DNA from: a virus
Virus record (IMG/VR): IMGVR_UViG_3300044846_005229
Span: 143,986-207,985 of that record
DNA: 64,000 nucleotides
Reading direction: 5' to 3' (one strand)
Translations under genes and position numbers: made by a program
Part shown: one piece after another, positions 1-9,267 of the stretch
Layout: every line of letters begins with the position of its first letter
Numbering within the stretch: position 1 is the stretch's first letter
The notes under the pieces: model-generated
Database searches by the model: none
Seen by the model: the letters and a program-made list of their open reading frames with translations, nothing else
What the model was told of the DNA's origin: nothing

Positions 1-195
1 AAAGTATAACACCAACTCTCTGCGACCGCGAATATTCAGGTTCAAGATGGTGCAAGCCCGATTAAGCTCATCGCCGTCGGCCTGAACTTCCTCCACTTCG
101 CTAGGGGCCAGGGTCCTGAGGGAAGAACTCAGGTGGGAGTCTCCGATGTAACCCGATATGCGACGGCCGGTGTTAAGGGTGACGTGAATCATTGG
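1..195 (-). CDS. small hypothetical protein, truncated at the window edge; paralog of 1046..1279
   Basis: rc translation from ATG at 195 reads MIHVTLNTGRRISGYIGDSHL..., clearly similar to MIYVTLSTGHRISGYIGDPRL of ORF 1046..1279. A -10-like box and a GTCAAC motif lie upstream at about 225-262. Confidence 0.5.
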
Positions 196-280
196 GGTCC
201 GGGGTGGTTGCCCTTGGTTGGTTGACTCTGTAAGTGTAGCATAGGGCCGACACGGTGTCAACCCCCCCCCCCTTGGGCTT

Positions 281-583
281 TCAGCGACACTGACTTAGCG
301 GTGTAGGATCAAAGTGAATATCCCGCTCGATGCGGAGCCCAGCTGGTCCCCGAGTAGCTTCTAGGTCATTCAGGTTGAAGTACCCAAGTTCTCGTGCCTG
401 GCCGATAACCAACCCAAAGCATTGACCCGTCGCAGGGTCCATCTCGGTGAGGTACCATGTCCAATTGCCCCAGGGCGTGAAAAATTTGGCATAGGCGGTA
501 GCCTCCATGCCTTTGCCGTCTTGTGCGTACAGGGCTGGGACCTTGGTGGCGATTGCCATGGTTAGTAGCTTGGTGTTGGCCAT
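281..583 (-). CDS. DUF2958-family protein (about 100 aa)
   Basis: ORF track 100 aa. KFFTPWGNWTWYLTEMDP...FGLVIGQARELGYFNLNDLEATRGPAGLRIERD matches my recollection of the DUF2958 signature. Consensus promoter at 600-620 (attatagcac on plus = TGCTATAAT on minus). Confidence 0.6.
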   Translation of the reverse strand: MANTKLLTMAIATKVPALYAQDGKGMEATAYAKFFTPWGNWTWYLTEMDPATGQCFGLVIGQARELGYFNLNDLEATRGPAGLRIERDIHFDPTPLSQCR

Positions 584-746
584 GGTTGCCCTTGGTTGGT
601 TGACTCAGGTATTATAGCACGGATGGGGATGGTGCCGTTACGATCTGAAACAACAGGCATGGACCACAGGCAGGCAGGCCCCCGCCCGACAAGTTGACTT
701 CGGTATTATAGCACAGGCAGGCAGGGGGCGCAAGCCCCCCCACAGG

Positions 747-932
747 CTAGATATCAGAAGGGGGATTCTCAGTCAGCTCGAAGCTATAGGCCCCAGTGTC
801 GTTATTGCCGTGGCTGGAAGTATACCCTTCCCTAACAAGACGCAGCGCTTCCTCTAGGGCAATTTCGATGTCATCCAGGGTTTGACCGCTGGCAGTCAAT
901 TTCAGGACAAACGGGGCGTTAAGATCGTTCAT
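747..932 (-). CDS. small hypothetical protein (61 aa), start moved to internal ATG
   Basis: The track ORF 747..1064 overlaps its own promoter (atcatagcac at about 962-971). The first ATG downstream of the predicted TSS is MNDLNAPFVLKL... Confidence 0.5.
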   Translation of the reverse strand: MNDLNAPFVLKLTASGQTLDDIEIALEEALRLVREGYTSSHGNNDTGAYSFELTENPPSDI

Positions 933-1045
933 GGCGGTTCGGTGGTTGGTGACAGGGCAATCATAGCACAGGCAGGCATGGAACGCAAGCCCCTTGCCCT
1001 CCGAGCAAACAATCAAACTGGCAAGTTCCCAGTTAGCTCCGACCC

Positions 1046-1279
1046 CTAAACATCTCCACCCCAATTCATAACAATTTCCTGGGCGTTTGCCCCGAAAAAG
1101 CGGAACACACGGGTATGAACCTTACGGTTCAATATAGTGCAACAACCGAATAATTCAACACCGTCTGCCTGAACTTCCACTACTTCACTAGGATTCAGGG
1201 ATTTAAGTTCTGATATCAGGCGGGGGTCCCCGATGTAACCAGATATGCGATGGCCGGTGCTAAGGGTGACGTAGATCAT
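1046..1279 (-). CDS. small hypothetical protein (77 aa), paralog of 1..195
   Basis: ORF track; similarity to the fragment at 1..195; promoter-like aattatagcac at about 1318-1330. Confidence 0.55.
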   Translation of the reverse strand: MIYVTLSTGHRISGYIGDPRLISELKSLNPSEVVEVQADGVELFGCCTILNRKVHTRVFRFFGANAQEIVMNWGGDV

Positions 1280-1345
1280 TGTGGTTCGGGTGGTTGCCGT
1301 TTGGTGCGGTACCCCGTAATTATAGCACGGGAGGCCGGGGGGGGG

Positions 1346-1699
1346 CTAGTCGGACGGTAAAGCGTCAAGCGCCAAATCCCAGATCCAGTGGGTTTCGTCG
1401 CCCAGCGGGTCGCCAGCAAACTCAAAATTGGCTACCGCCGCTTCGGCTAGTTGAGTAGCGGTTTCGTAATCACTTGCGTTTGCTCGCATCCAAATTCTAA
1501 CGCTTTGTTTACTTACCGATGCCAATTTAGTAGGTGAATAGCCCAAATTCCCATGGCGCTGCAATGATAAGGACTCAATTTCTGATTTCCTCTGATTGCG
1601 TTCTCTTGCCGCCGCCATACTGTTTCGTAAATAGCGGTTTTCGGATCTTGCGCTCATTTTTCTAAGGAAGCGAATGGGCCGGGTTTGGTCCCGATGCAC
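1346..1699 (-). CDS. hypothetical protein (117 aa; start uncertain, could be the internal MSARSEN)
   Basis: ORF track; -10 box atcatagcac at about 1702-1711 lies immediately upstream. Confidence 0.45.
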   Translation of the reverse strand: MHRDQTRPIRFLRKMSARSENRYLRNSMAAARERNQRKSEIESLSLQRHGNLGYSPTKLASVSKQSVRIWMRANASDYETATQLAEAAVANFEFAGDPLGDETHWIWDLALDALPSD

Positions 1700-1735
1700 T
1701 AATCATAGCACATTGCCACGGGGTTGGGGCCTTGG

Positions 1736-2720
1736 GTAGGGGCCTTGGGGTTGTTGACTCCTGGGGTGTGGTGGTTGCTGTGGGGTTGCTGTGGGGGTTG
1801 AGTATCTGGGGTTGTTGACTCCCAAGGTGTGGTGGACAGTTTGTAAACTGTCTATTTGCGTTGGGAGTTTGGTACCGAGGGTGTGTTTTCGGAGTTAATG
1901 TGGAACCTCAGGGTGCATTTTCCGGGTAATGTAGAATGCCCCAAATTGAAAACCTGAAATTCAATCCCTGAGATCCATTGCGGGGGAACGGAGTTACTCC
2001 TAAAAAAATTAAAAATTTTAGGACCTAGTGAAAAACGATTCAAAAAATTCTACATTTGAATGCAAATTCTGCACCCTGGGGCTCTTTATATACACTTTTT
2101 CGCGAATATATGTATAATGAGTGTTTACCTTATGTTGTTATAGTTTGTTGTTGATGGGTCCAAGTAGTCAACAACTGGGAGTGGTCCCAACAGTCTCAGT
2201 TAAGTATCGGAATGAGTCTACATCGAGTAGTTTACAGTTGGTATTAGTCCCAACAGTCTCAGTTAAGTATCGGAATGAGACCCAACCGAACAGTCAACAA
2301 CTGGAATACGGTCTCAACAGTCTCGTTTCAGTCCCATAATGAGACCACACCTCAGGGTAAATATGGCAGGTATTTTCGGAGTTAATGTGGAACCTTGGGG
2401 TGCGTTTTGTGAGTAATGTGGAATGTTGAGTGCAGTTTTCGGAGTAATGTGGAAACCACAAAATCAAAAAACCAAAATCCATTCCTTGAAATCGACTGCA
2501 GGGCAACGGAGTTACTCCTAAAATTTTTGAATTTTTTAGGACCTAATGAAAAAACGATCCAAAAGTTCCACATTTGAATGCAAATTCTGCACCCTACTAC
2601 TATATACTCGCGTAAAAATTATTTATAGTACACCCTTATCTAAATATCCATAATCAATAAGTTACCCTTATCTATGTACCAACCAATGAGTAATAGCGGT
2701 AAAGCAACAAAAAAAGGAGG
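1736..2720 (+). repeat. composite repeat module copy A: IR element (about 1911-2076), plus-strand TATAAT (about 2113-2118), 24-nt direct-repeat array (2193-2343), second IR element (about 2380-2595), conserved AT-rich tail
   Basis: About 90% identical over about 950 bp to 5300..6240; partial third copy at 10085..10440. Seen directly in the sequence. Confidence 0.85.
2193..2343 (+). repeat. array of GTCTCAGTTAAGTATCGGAATGAG direct repeats (2 perfect and 1 degenerate terminal copy) with about 35-40 nt intervening segments, downstream of a TATAAT box
   Basis: Repeat starts at about 2193, 2256 and 2320; the promoter-like tgTATAATgag sits about 75 nt upstream. CRISPR-like or iteron-like layout. 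Confidence 0.6.
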
Positions 2721-2810
2721 GTCACCTTTCGGCAGCCCCCATATCAGTAAGTATTTATATTTACTGGGTGAAATTAGACCCCGGAACCAACAACCCCGGC
2801 AGCCCGACCT

Positions 2811-3134
2811 TCAATAGCCAGCAAAGTCGTATCTATCGAAAGGTACTGGATCCCGCTTAATTTCTGATTCGATAATTTTGCGTGATTCGCTGTCCCAATG
2901 GCGCACAGTGACGGACTCTGTAGCAAATCCCCAGTTTTCCTCAGGTTGCCGGGTATAGTGAACCTTGGCATCATCCAGGCTTGCCCATACGAAGGCTTCA
3001 GGATTAGCTACGATCTGCTCCACCGCTTCCATGGTTTGGCAGAGGGTAGTGCCATTGGCACCCCTAACAGTATAACCAGCAATGCGCTTGCCAACTTCAT
3101 CGGTCGTGACATAGCAGTAGTCGATGGTTGCCAT
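2811..3134 (-). CDS. hypothetical protein (107 aa)
   Basis: ORF track; consensus promoter at 3160-3195 (minus-strand GGGGTTGAC, 18 nt, TGCTATAAT). Confidence 0.6.
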   Translation of the reverse strand: MATIDYCYVTTDEVGKRIAGYTVRGANGTTLCQTMEAVEQIVANPEAFVWASLDDAKVHYTRQPEENWGFATESVTVRHWDSESRKIIESEIKRDPVPFDRYDFAGY

Positions 3135-3159
3135 TGGTGCGCCTCGGTTGGTTGACCTA

Positions 3160-3195
3160 GGTATTATAGCATGGGTTCCTGGGCAAGGTCAACCC
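3160..3195 (-). promoter_or_regulatory. representative consensus sigma70-type promoter (-35 TTGAC at about 3188-3192, extended -10 TGcTATAAT at about 3163-3171)
   Basis: The same architecture recurs before most minus-strand genes (e.g. about 610, 1320, 4316, 4811, 5245, 7003, 7035, 7885, 9160, 13995, 17845, 21465, 22035, 25690, 28215, 28730, 33955). Confidence 0.7.
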
Positions 3196-3234
3196 CTTGA
3201 GTTCCCCCCTACGGCAAGCAGATGCCAGGATCAA

Positions 3235-3513
3235 TCAACCTTCGTACAAGGAAACATCATAGCGATGGGAGTAAAAATCCCCTAGCCCCCCACTATCGAC
3301 CACCAACATAAAGTCAAAGTCCGGGTGAGTTAGCACCACTTGTGTGGACTCGCTTTCGTAAATATTCCCATTGGACACACCCACCTGATCAAGGAAATAC
3401 CCTAAACTCTCAATATTGTCCATGTCTGGTATTTCGTAGTCGATTATCCGATAGCTATTCTCACCTTGTTCAAACAAATCTGTGACGGAATCAGGGATTT
3501 CGTAGGTTGCCAT
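3235..3513 (-). CDS. acidic hypothetical protein (92 aa)
   Basis: ORF track; -10 gtagtatagcac at about 3550-3562. Confidence 0.6.
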   Translation of the reverse strand: MATYEIPDSVTDLFEQGENSYRIIDYEIPDMDNIESLGYFLDQVGVSNGNIYESESTQVVLTHPDFDFMLVVDSGGLGDFYSHRYDVSLYEG

Positions 3514-3588
3514 TATTGGTCAGGGTGTTGCTGGTGTGGTCGATGGTAGTATAGCACGGATAGGCGAGTTGCCGGGGACCCCCGAAAG

Positions 3589-4020
3589 TCAATTAAAGCC
3601 GAGGATAAACTTACGTGCCGCTTCCGGCGTATTAAGTTGTCCGCCCATCATCATCATCAAGCCCAAACTGCAACCTACGTGTCCAGCTGTTTCAGGGTGC
3701 TTTTCAAGGTCGCTAAACATCGAGGAGAGGGCATTTTCTGCATCACCACGATCGCAGTATTCAAGGGCGCGTTTCTTGCACCATTCTAAGTGTTCGGATC
3801 GGTTTATTTGGGGGGTGTTGGTGTCGGGTGTTTGACTTTGGATGTTTGTCAATGGCAGTATAGCACGGATGGTCAGGGGACCGTGGTTGCCATTATGGTT
3901 GGTGACGCTTCGTAAAGACAGGCACGGCAAGTTGCCGATGGGCTTTTGGGTTTTGTTGCATTTCGCAACAACAGGCAAGGAAGGGCCACCGGCAGGCAAC
4001 CCCCCCCCCCCCAAGATCAT
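3589..4020 (-). CDS. hypothetical protein (up to 143 aa); N-terminus ambiguous
   Basis: Its ATG overlaps the stop of the upstream gene 4017..4286 (ATGA junction), which suggests coupling. However, a TATACT box at about 3858 and a C13 tract lie inside the N-terminal region. The conserved-looking part begins around RSEHLEWCKKRALEYCDRGD. Confidence 0.4.
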   Translation of the reverse strand: MILGGGGLPAGGPSLPVVAKCNKTQKPIGNLPCLSLRSVTNHNGNHGPLTIRAILPLTNIQSQTPDTNTPQINRSEHLEWCKKRALEYCDRGDAENALSSMFSDLEKHPETAGHVGCSLGLMMMMGGQLNTPEAARKFILGFN

Positions 4021-4286
4021 GCCATGAACTTAGCAATAGCCTCTTCGGCATCGGCACCATCGGCACCATGATTTACCATAAACTCCAACACAAGGCCAGT
4101 ATCACTATCGAATCGCGTCAGAAGGGAATCCAACAGTTCATCTTGACTGACACCACCAGAGGCATTCTGAAGCTCTGACATCCTGCTGTCCATGGCTTCA
4201 TTCCTAAGCTCATCAAGGCTCATCAAATCGACATAACGTTGGCAATGGGCTTCGGCGATCTCACGAATCAAGGATTGGTCGAACAT
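4017..4286 (-). CDS. hypothetical protein (89 aa)
   Basis: ORF track; promoter cggtattatagcac at about 4310-4325. Confidence 0.6.
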   Translation of the reverse strand: MFDQSLIREIAEAHCQRYVDLMSLDELRNEAMDSRMSELQNASGGVSQDELLDSLLTRFDSDTGLVLEFMVNHGADGADAEEAIAKFMA

Positions 4287-4412
4287 GGTTGCGTGTGCGG
4301 TTGGTTGACTTCGGTATTATAGCACAGGGGGGGCCACGGTGCGAGGGATGTTACAGGGGTAACAACAGGCACGGCAAGGGGCCAGGGTTCACAACCCCGA
4401 CCCCCAGGACAG

Positions 4413-4787
4413 TCAACCAAGGGCCACAATGGCATGTAAATTGGTGCGCCACGTTCCAGGCAGCTTCTCACCACGACGACCTACGATCACGGGCAATTCC
4501 CCAACCATCTCAACTACGGTATCAATCTCAAATACTTGCAAGGTGGCCGCCAGCCAGGTTCCAAACCAGCGAGTCCGACCCGTGGCCTTGGCAATGTAAC
4601 GGCAGCCATGGGGGCCTTCCATGGCAAACTCTCCTTCCTCCAAACAAAGATCATGGGGCGCATCAGCCAGGACATCCCAGTGTCCCCACCAGCCTTTACG
4701 GACGCCACCAGGGGCCTTCTCGCAGGGCTCAGCGGTGAATGAACCGATGCGGTTGATGGGTGAGGTGGCGGCGGTTGCGAATGCCAT
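4413..4787 (-). CDS. hypothetical protein (124 aa), start moved to MAFATAATSP
   Basis: Track ORF 4413..4859 overlaps the promoter aaattatagcatg (about 4808-4820). First ATG after the TSS is at 4787. Confidence 0.55.
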   Translation of the reverse strand: MAFATAATSPINRIGSFTAEPCEKAPGGVRKGWWGHWDVLADAPHDLCLEEGEFAMEGPHGCRYIAKATGRTRWFGTWLAATLQVFEIDTVVEMVGELPVIVGRRGEKLPGTWRTNLHAIVALG

Positions 4788-4881
4788 TGTTTCCGGTGGG
4801 TGCGATACCTTGAAATTATAGCATGTTTCCAAGGGGGTCAGGGTGCATCCCAACCACAAAACTGCCTATTAGCAACAAAAC

Positions 4882-5217
4882 TTAACCCATAATGCCCCCA
4901 GGCCAACGTCCTCCCGGCGGGGTGCGCTCTGATGGGGATAGTTCGGGTGTTTCATCATAATAGCTAGGACACAATTTGGCGAGGCGCTCTGCGTCGGAGA
5001 CGCATTGGCAGCATGGATTGTGCCTATTTTCCGCCATATAATTAGCGCCGCGCTTTGTTCTGAATGGTCCGATAACTGCCATGAAGTGTGGGGTATTGGC
5101 TTTGGTAGGGGTAACTACCGATTTGAAAACCTCCAATTTACCTTGGCCGTATGGCAAACCCACATAGAATTTTGCCCGTTGGGGTGTGTTGGTGGTTGAG
5201 GGGGTTGCGGTAGCCAT
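4882..5217 (-). CDS. hypothetical protein (111 aa), Cys-containing C-terminal half
   Basis: ORF track; promoter cgtaattatagcac at about 5243-5256. Confidence 0.55.
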   Translation of the reverse strand: MATATPSTTNTPQRAKFYVGLPYGQGKLEVFKSVVTPTKANTPHFMAVIGPFRTKRGANYMAENRHNPCCQCVSDAERLAKLCPSYYDETPELSPSERTPPGGRWPGGIMG

Positions 5218-5299
5218 CGTTGCGGTGTCGGTTGGTTGGCTTCGTAATTATAGCACATGGACGGGTCTGGATGCGGTTCGGCATGTTGGTGCGGTTCGG

Positions 5300-6240
5300 C
5301 ATGTTGACTCCTGGGGTGTGGTGGACAGTTTGTAAACTGTCTATTTGCGTTGGGGGTTTGACTTTAGGGGCTTGATTCCAGGGTGTATTTTAGGGGTTAA
5401 TGTATAATCCGGGGTGCGTTTTCCGGGTAATGTAGAATGCCTAATTTGAAAAGTCCGAAAGTCAACCGCTGAGATCGATTGCAGGGCAACGAGTTTACTC
5501 CTAAAATTTTTGAATTTTTTAGGACCTAGCGAAAAACCATCCAAAAAATTCTACATTTGAATGCATATTTTGCACCCTGGGGTCTTTATATACACTTTTT
5601 CGCGAATATATGTATAATAAGTGTTTACCTTATGTTGTTGGTGAGTTGAATAGTTGACGACTGGGTGTGATCTCGTCAGTCTCAGTTAAGTATCGGAATG
5701 AGTTCACATCGAGTAGTCTACAGTTGGCATCAGCCCCAACGGTCTCAGTTAAGTATCGGAATGAGACTCCACCAAATAGTAAACAACTGGGGTACGGTCT
5801 CAACAGTCTCGTTTCAGTCCCACAACAAGACTCATCCAAATAGTAAACAACTGGGGTACGGTCTCAACAGTCTCACTTCAATCTCACAATGAGATCACAC
5901 TTCAAGAGTAAGCAGATGGGTGCGTTTTTCCAGTAATGTAGAAACCCAGGGTGCATTTCCCAAGTAATGCAGAAACCCTAAAATCAAAAACCCGAAACTC
6001 AATCCCTGAGATCGACTGCAGCGGAACGGAGTTACTCCTAAAAAAATTAAAAATTTTAGGACCTTTTCAAAAACAGCATGAAAAATTCTACATTTGAATG
6101 CATATTTTGCACCCTACTACTATATACTCGCGTAAAAATTATTTATAGTACACTCTTATCTAAATATCCATAATCAATAAGTTATCCTTATCTATGTACC
6201 AACCAATGAGTAATAGCAGTAAGGCAACAAAAGAAAGGGG
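5300..6240 (+). repeat. composite repeat module copy B (IR element about 5385-5575; TATAAT about 5613-5618; 24-nt repeat array 5679-5893 with 2 perfect and 2 degenerate copies; IR element about 5915-6115)
   Basis: Paralogous to 1736..2720. The intervening segments are homologous between copies and one is internally duplicated. Confidence 0.85.
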
Positions 6241-6279
6241 GGAATCACCCTAAGGCAATCCCTCCCCTAAAAACAGCAC

Positions 6280-6465
6280 CTATGCCCAAATGGTCTCAAC
6301 ACGGGCATCATGCCCTTTCATCTTCATCGCTTCGGCGATTCTCTGAGCCACGTTCCGATCATGGTAATCCGCCCTGGTGGTATAGCCAGGAGCCCCAGAA
6401 CCAGGGGCAATCGAACCAGTGGCAATCGAACCAGGGGCGATGGTGACACGGTGTAGTTGGGCCAT
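6280..6465 (-). CDS. small hypothetical protein (61 aa)
   Basis: ORF track; promoter (tcttagcac ... gtcaaccccccc) at about 6490-6535. Confidence 0.5.
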   Translation of the reverse strand: MAQLHRVTIAPGSIATGSIAPGSGAPGYTTRADYHDRNVAQRIAEAMKMKGHDARVETIWA

Positions 6466-6533
6466 GGTGCGGTTTGGTGCGGTTGGTATGGACGTATCTT
6501 AGCACAGGTCCGAGGGGAACGTCAACCCCCCCC

Positions 6534-6965
6534 TTACCCGTACCACCCATACTGGCGAACCCTCTCCAAATAGGTCTCCCAAACCGACGGATCCATGGCA
6601 CCTGCCGTTGTCTTAAAGTGATGGGAGAAAAACGTAATGGCAAGCTCCATATTGCGCCTACCAACAGGATTAGCAGAATGAATGACCACAGCCGGTGGAA
6701 TAAACCCACCATCAAAACCATTCTCATACACAATTTGCTCAATCCACTTGCAAACATCCATGCCAGTTCCCCTAGCGTCATCCCCGAGATCATGATCCAA
6801 GGATACAACTTCGACATTGCCAGTCTTCAGCAATTCGATAACCTCATCAGGCCAATAGCAACGGACCCACCCATCAGGGGTAGGCCTGATATCATCGAGA
6901 AATACTTTCATTGCCTTGGGTTTAGGTAGACTGTGGGCGTGGTTGCCATTGGGGGTGGTTGCCAT
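6534..6965 (-). CDS. CPR (cyclic-phosphate-processing receiver-like) domain protein
   Basis: MKVFLDDIRPTPDGWVRCYWPDEVIELLKTGNVEVVSLDHDLGDDARGTG resembles the Rec-like CPR domain described in RNA-repair gene neighbourhoods (recalled, not searched). Two tandem TATAAT promoters at about 7003 and about 7035. Confidence 0.5.
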   Translation of the reverse strand: MATTPNGNHAHSLPKPKAMKVFLDDIRPTPDGWVRCYWPDEVIELLKTGNVEVVSLDHDLGDDARGTGMDVCKWIEQIVYENGFDGGFIPPAVVIHSANPVGRRNMELAITFFSHHFKTTAGAMDPSVWETYLERVRQYGWYG

Positions 6966-7102
6966 TGGGGGTGGTCCGGTGGGTGACGGTAGGGGAATTA
7001 TAGCATAGGCCTGGCAGGTTAGTTGGTGGCCCCGTAATTATAGCACAGGGGGGTCAGGCTACGGGTGCCGTTACATTCCGTAACAACAGGTACGGCAAGG
7101 AG

Positions 7103-7216
7103 TCACTGGATGGCAACCCCTGTAAAGAATTGGCCAGGTTGTGGGGTTATGCTTTCGCTCCTGAAGGGTAGCCAGGCGAAGAAGGGCAGCCCTGCGGCTG
7201 ATAATCCTAATTCCAT
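7103..7216 (-). CDS. possible 37-aa hydrophobic peptide (MELGLSAAGLPFFAWLPF...)
   Basis: Small ORF found by manual rc translation, downstream of the TTGACA-17-TACAAT promoter at about 7262-7292. Not in the track (<60 aa). Confidence 0.25.
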   Translation of the reverse strand: MELGLSAAGLPFFAWLPFRSESITPQPGQFFTGVAIQ

Positions 7217-7460
7217 TTCCCACTATTTGCCTTCACGTCTACCTGTATTTTGGGTTGTTTAGCCATTGTAGCATGGGCCTGGCAGTGTCAACTCATGGCG
7301 TTAACTGAGTTTACTGCAACATGGTTGCCGTTGGTTGGTGGCGATTGGGTTTGAACCCATTGTTTGCGGGGGGCTGGTGGGCTGGTGATAGGGGAATTGT
7401 AGCATGGCCCGGCAGGTTGGATGGTTTACTTTGGTAGTATAATACGAACCCGATAGGCAG

Positions 7461-7826
7461 TCAATCCTTAGCGGTAATCTCAGCACCTTCCAGTAGTTTG
7501 GAAGCTAGGTCAGTATCACCCGCCTTAATTGCGTTTTGGATGCGTTCTTTCAAGGTTAGCTCGTATGACCATTTTCGGCCGTTGATGGTGCCCCTGACAT
7601 TGCCCCCGACAGAGCCCTCGACAGAGCCCCCGACAGAGCCCCCGACAGAGCCCCTGACATTGCCCCCGACAGAGCCCCTGACATTGCCCCCGACAGAGCC
7701 TAGGACATCACCCAAGACACCACCCCTGACATTGCCCCCGACAGAGCCCTCGACATCATTTACCCGCCATTCACCGCTGATTCTGGTGAAAGTAACTAGT
7801 TTTTTAATTTCTTCAATGCTTGGCAT
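7461..7826 (-). CDS. Gly/Val-rich octapeptide-repeat protein (GSVGGNVR x about 9), possibly a beta-helical or bactofilin-like fold
   Basis: ORF track; internal 24-nt periodicity visible in the DNA; promoter ggaattatagcatgg ... gtcaaccc at 7875-7915. Confidence 0.55.
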   Translation of the reverse strand: MPSIEEIKKLVTFTRISGEWRVNDVEGSVGGNVRGGVLGDVLGSVGGNVRGSVGGNVRGSVGGSVGGSVEGSVGGNVRGTINGRKWSYELTLKERIQNAIKAGDTDLASKLLEGAEITAKD

Positions 7827-8017
7827 TTCAATTTAGGGGTTTGATGATGTCATGGTGTGTCCGGTGGTTGGTGACAAAGGAATTATAGCATGGGTCCGGC
7901 AGACAGTCAACCCTTAGGGACCTGGGGCCACACCCCAAACAGCAAAAAAAAGGGGGGGGCCGATGCCAACGGCACCAACCCCCCCCCCAAGCAATCGGCC
8001 GATACCGACGGCTCCAA

Positions 8018-8275
8018 TCAGCTAGCCACTGCAAGCAGCCGATCAGCCACTGCACCCTTCGCAGTACGCTTCCCATCGAGATAATACAAGGTATAAACTC
8101 GCCCCGGCTTCACACTGGGGGTTACCGTAACGGTCAGGGCCTTGCCGTTGATGCGGATGGCAGTTTCGGCCTTTGCGCCGGATGCTGTAGCTTGTTGCAC
8201 GGTGTTGGCTTCAGTGGTATCAAGGCGGGCAAGCAGGGTGTCAAACTTACGGATGGTCAGAGGGGGAGTAGCCAT
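8018..8275 (-). CDS. hypothetical protein (85 aa), start moved to MATPPLTIRK
   Basis: Track ORF 8018..8323 begins inside the promoter (TTGACA-17-TATAAT at about 8325-8360 on the minus strand). Confidence 0.55.
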   Translation of the reverse strand: MATPPLTIRKFDTLLARLDTTEANTVQQATASGAKAETAIRINGKALTVTVTPSVKPGRVYTLYYLDGKRTAKGAVADRLLAVAS

Positions 8276-8440
8276 GGTTGTGGGTGGGTTGTGTTGTGGG
8301 GTGAATCCCCGGGACCTTGCCATTATAGCCCAGGTGAGAGACGGTTGTCAATGCTTGACTGGTGGCAAGATCCCCCGAGGGTCACCATATTATGGCATAT
8401 TGCCGGAGTTATTGCAACCTGCTGCGTTGGCGACCAGGGG

Positions 8441-8469
8441 TTGACAACCGCCGGAATCCACGCTATAAT
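8441..8469 (+). promoter_or_regulatory. perfect consensus plus-strand promoter TTGACA-17-TATAAT
   Basis: ttgacaaccgccggaatccacgctataat; it drives the conserved block listed next. Confidence 0.7.
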
Positions 8470-8475
8470 ATGCAC

Positions 8476-8545
8476 ATAACCAAACGAGGGGCGAGGTAGC
8501 CCTGAAGACGAAAAAGGTCGCCACGGAACCTGCTTGCTTATAGTT
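8476..8545 (+). ncRNA. candidate small RNA, copy 1 (conserved block GAGGGGCGAGGTAGCCCTGAAGACGAAAAAGGTCGCCACGG...)
   Basis: A near-identical about 50-nt block recurs at 10020-10075 behind a second consensus plus-strand promoter. No ORF. Followed by an A7G6 tract and a CCGGAGTCA short-repeat region. Confidence 0.45.
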
Positions 8546-8653
8546 ATTACCGGACAGTAAAAAAAGGGGGGTTGACCCTCGGGTTTTATCCCAGAGTCAT
8601 AGCCCCGGAGCCACAACCCCGGAGTCACAACCCCAGAGTCAAACCCCACGCAC

Positions 8654-9106
8654 TCAAGAATTACGGGCAATGACTTTTTTCAGGAAGTCCAAACCATCTT
8701 CATTGGTAACAAAGAAATGGGATCCAGCCTCATCACCTAGCAATAGTTGGCCAGCTGTAGAAGGCAATTTGGAGAATCCTACTTCCCCCGCCATCACTTG
8801 GGCGGTTCCCGCGATACAATGGACCGTACCACATTCGTTGAAGGCTTCTTTACCCGTAGTTTCTTTGCCAAGGTCGATACGAAACATTAAGGGACCCCAT
8901 GCCTGATGCCAATTAGCCATATCAAAGTTTTTCAAATCACGCTCTACAATCCAACGCGCCACATGGTGAAGGTTAGCCCTTTGTTGCTCGGGGGTGAGTT
9001 TGATGCTGAGGTTTTCAGGAATATGGGGCAACGGGGGAAGGCCGGGAGTAGTATCCAGCTTCTGGAGATTTAGGCGAGTAGCTTCAGTTAGGGAAAGGGT
9101 TTTCAT
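8654..9106 (-). CDS. hypothetical protein family X (150 aa; conserved NECGTVHCIAG motif), paralog of 45067..45525
   Basis: About 50% identity to ORF 45067..45570. Start moved to MKTLSLTEATRL, downstream of the promoter atcatagcac at about 9158-9167. Confidence 0.6.
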   Translation of the reverse strand: MKTLSLTEATRLNLQKLDTTPGLPPLPHIPENLSIKLTPEQQRANLHHVARWIVERDLKNFDMANWHQAWGPLMFRIDLGKETTGKEAFNECGTVHCIAGTAQVMAGEVGFSKLPSTAGQLLLGDEAGSHFFVTNEDGLDFLKKVIARNS

Positions 9107-9267
9107 GGTTTTGGAAGGGGGGGTTAGTTGCCTGGTTGGTTGGTTGGTTGACTCTGTAATCATAGCACAGGGCCAGGGGAAGGTCAACCCTTAGGGACCT
9201 AGGGCCACAACCCCGGAGTCAATACCCTGGAGTCATAGCCCCCAATCCCCAATCCCCAATCCCAAAG

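Noticed and set aside
2193-2343. Calling the 24-nt repeat array a bona fide CRISPR array
   Set aside because: The intervening segments resemble one another and are conserved between module copies, with no unique spacers. There are only 2 perfect repeats and no cas genes. Kept as CRISPR-like or decoy candidate only.
4289-4859. Plus-strand ORFs 4289..4738, 4536..4742 and 4621..4821 and minus-strand ORF 4514..4708
   Set aside because: All overlap the better-supported minus-strand gene 4413..4787 in GC-rich sequence. No plus-strand promoter; Pro/Gly/Arg-rich artefactual compositions.
7828-8076. Minus-strand ORF of 82 aa
   Set aside because: It spans the promoter of 7461..7826 and the A8G8/C10 homopolymer intergenic region. 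Composition is non-protein-like (W/C/R-rich).
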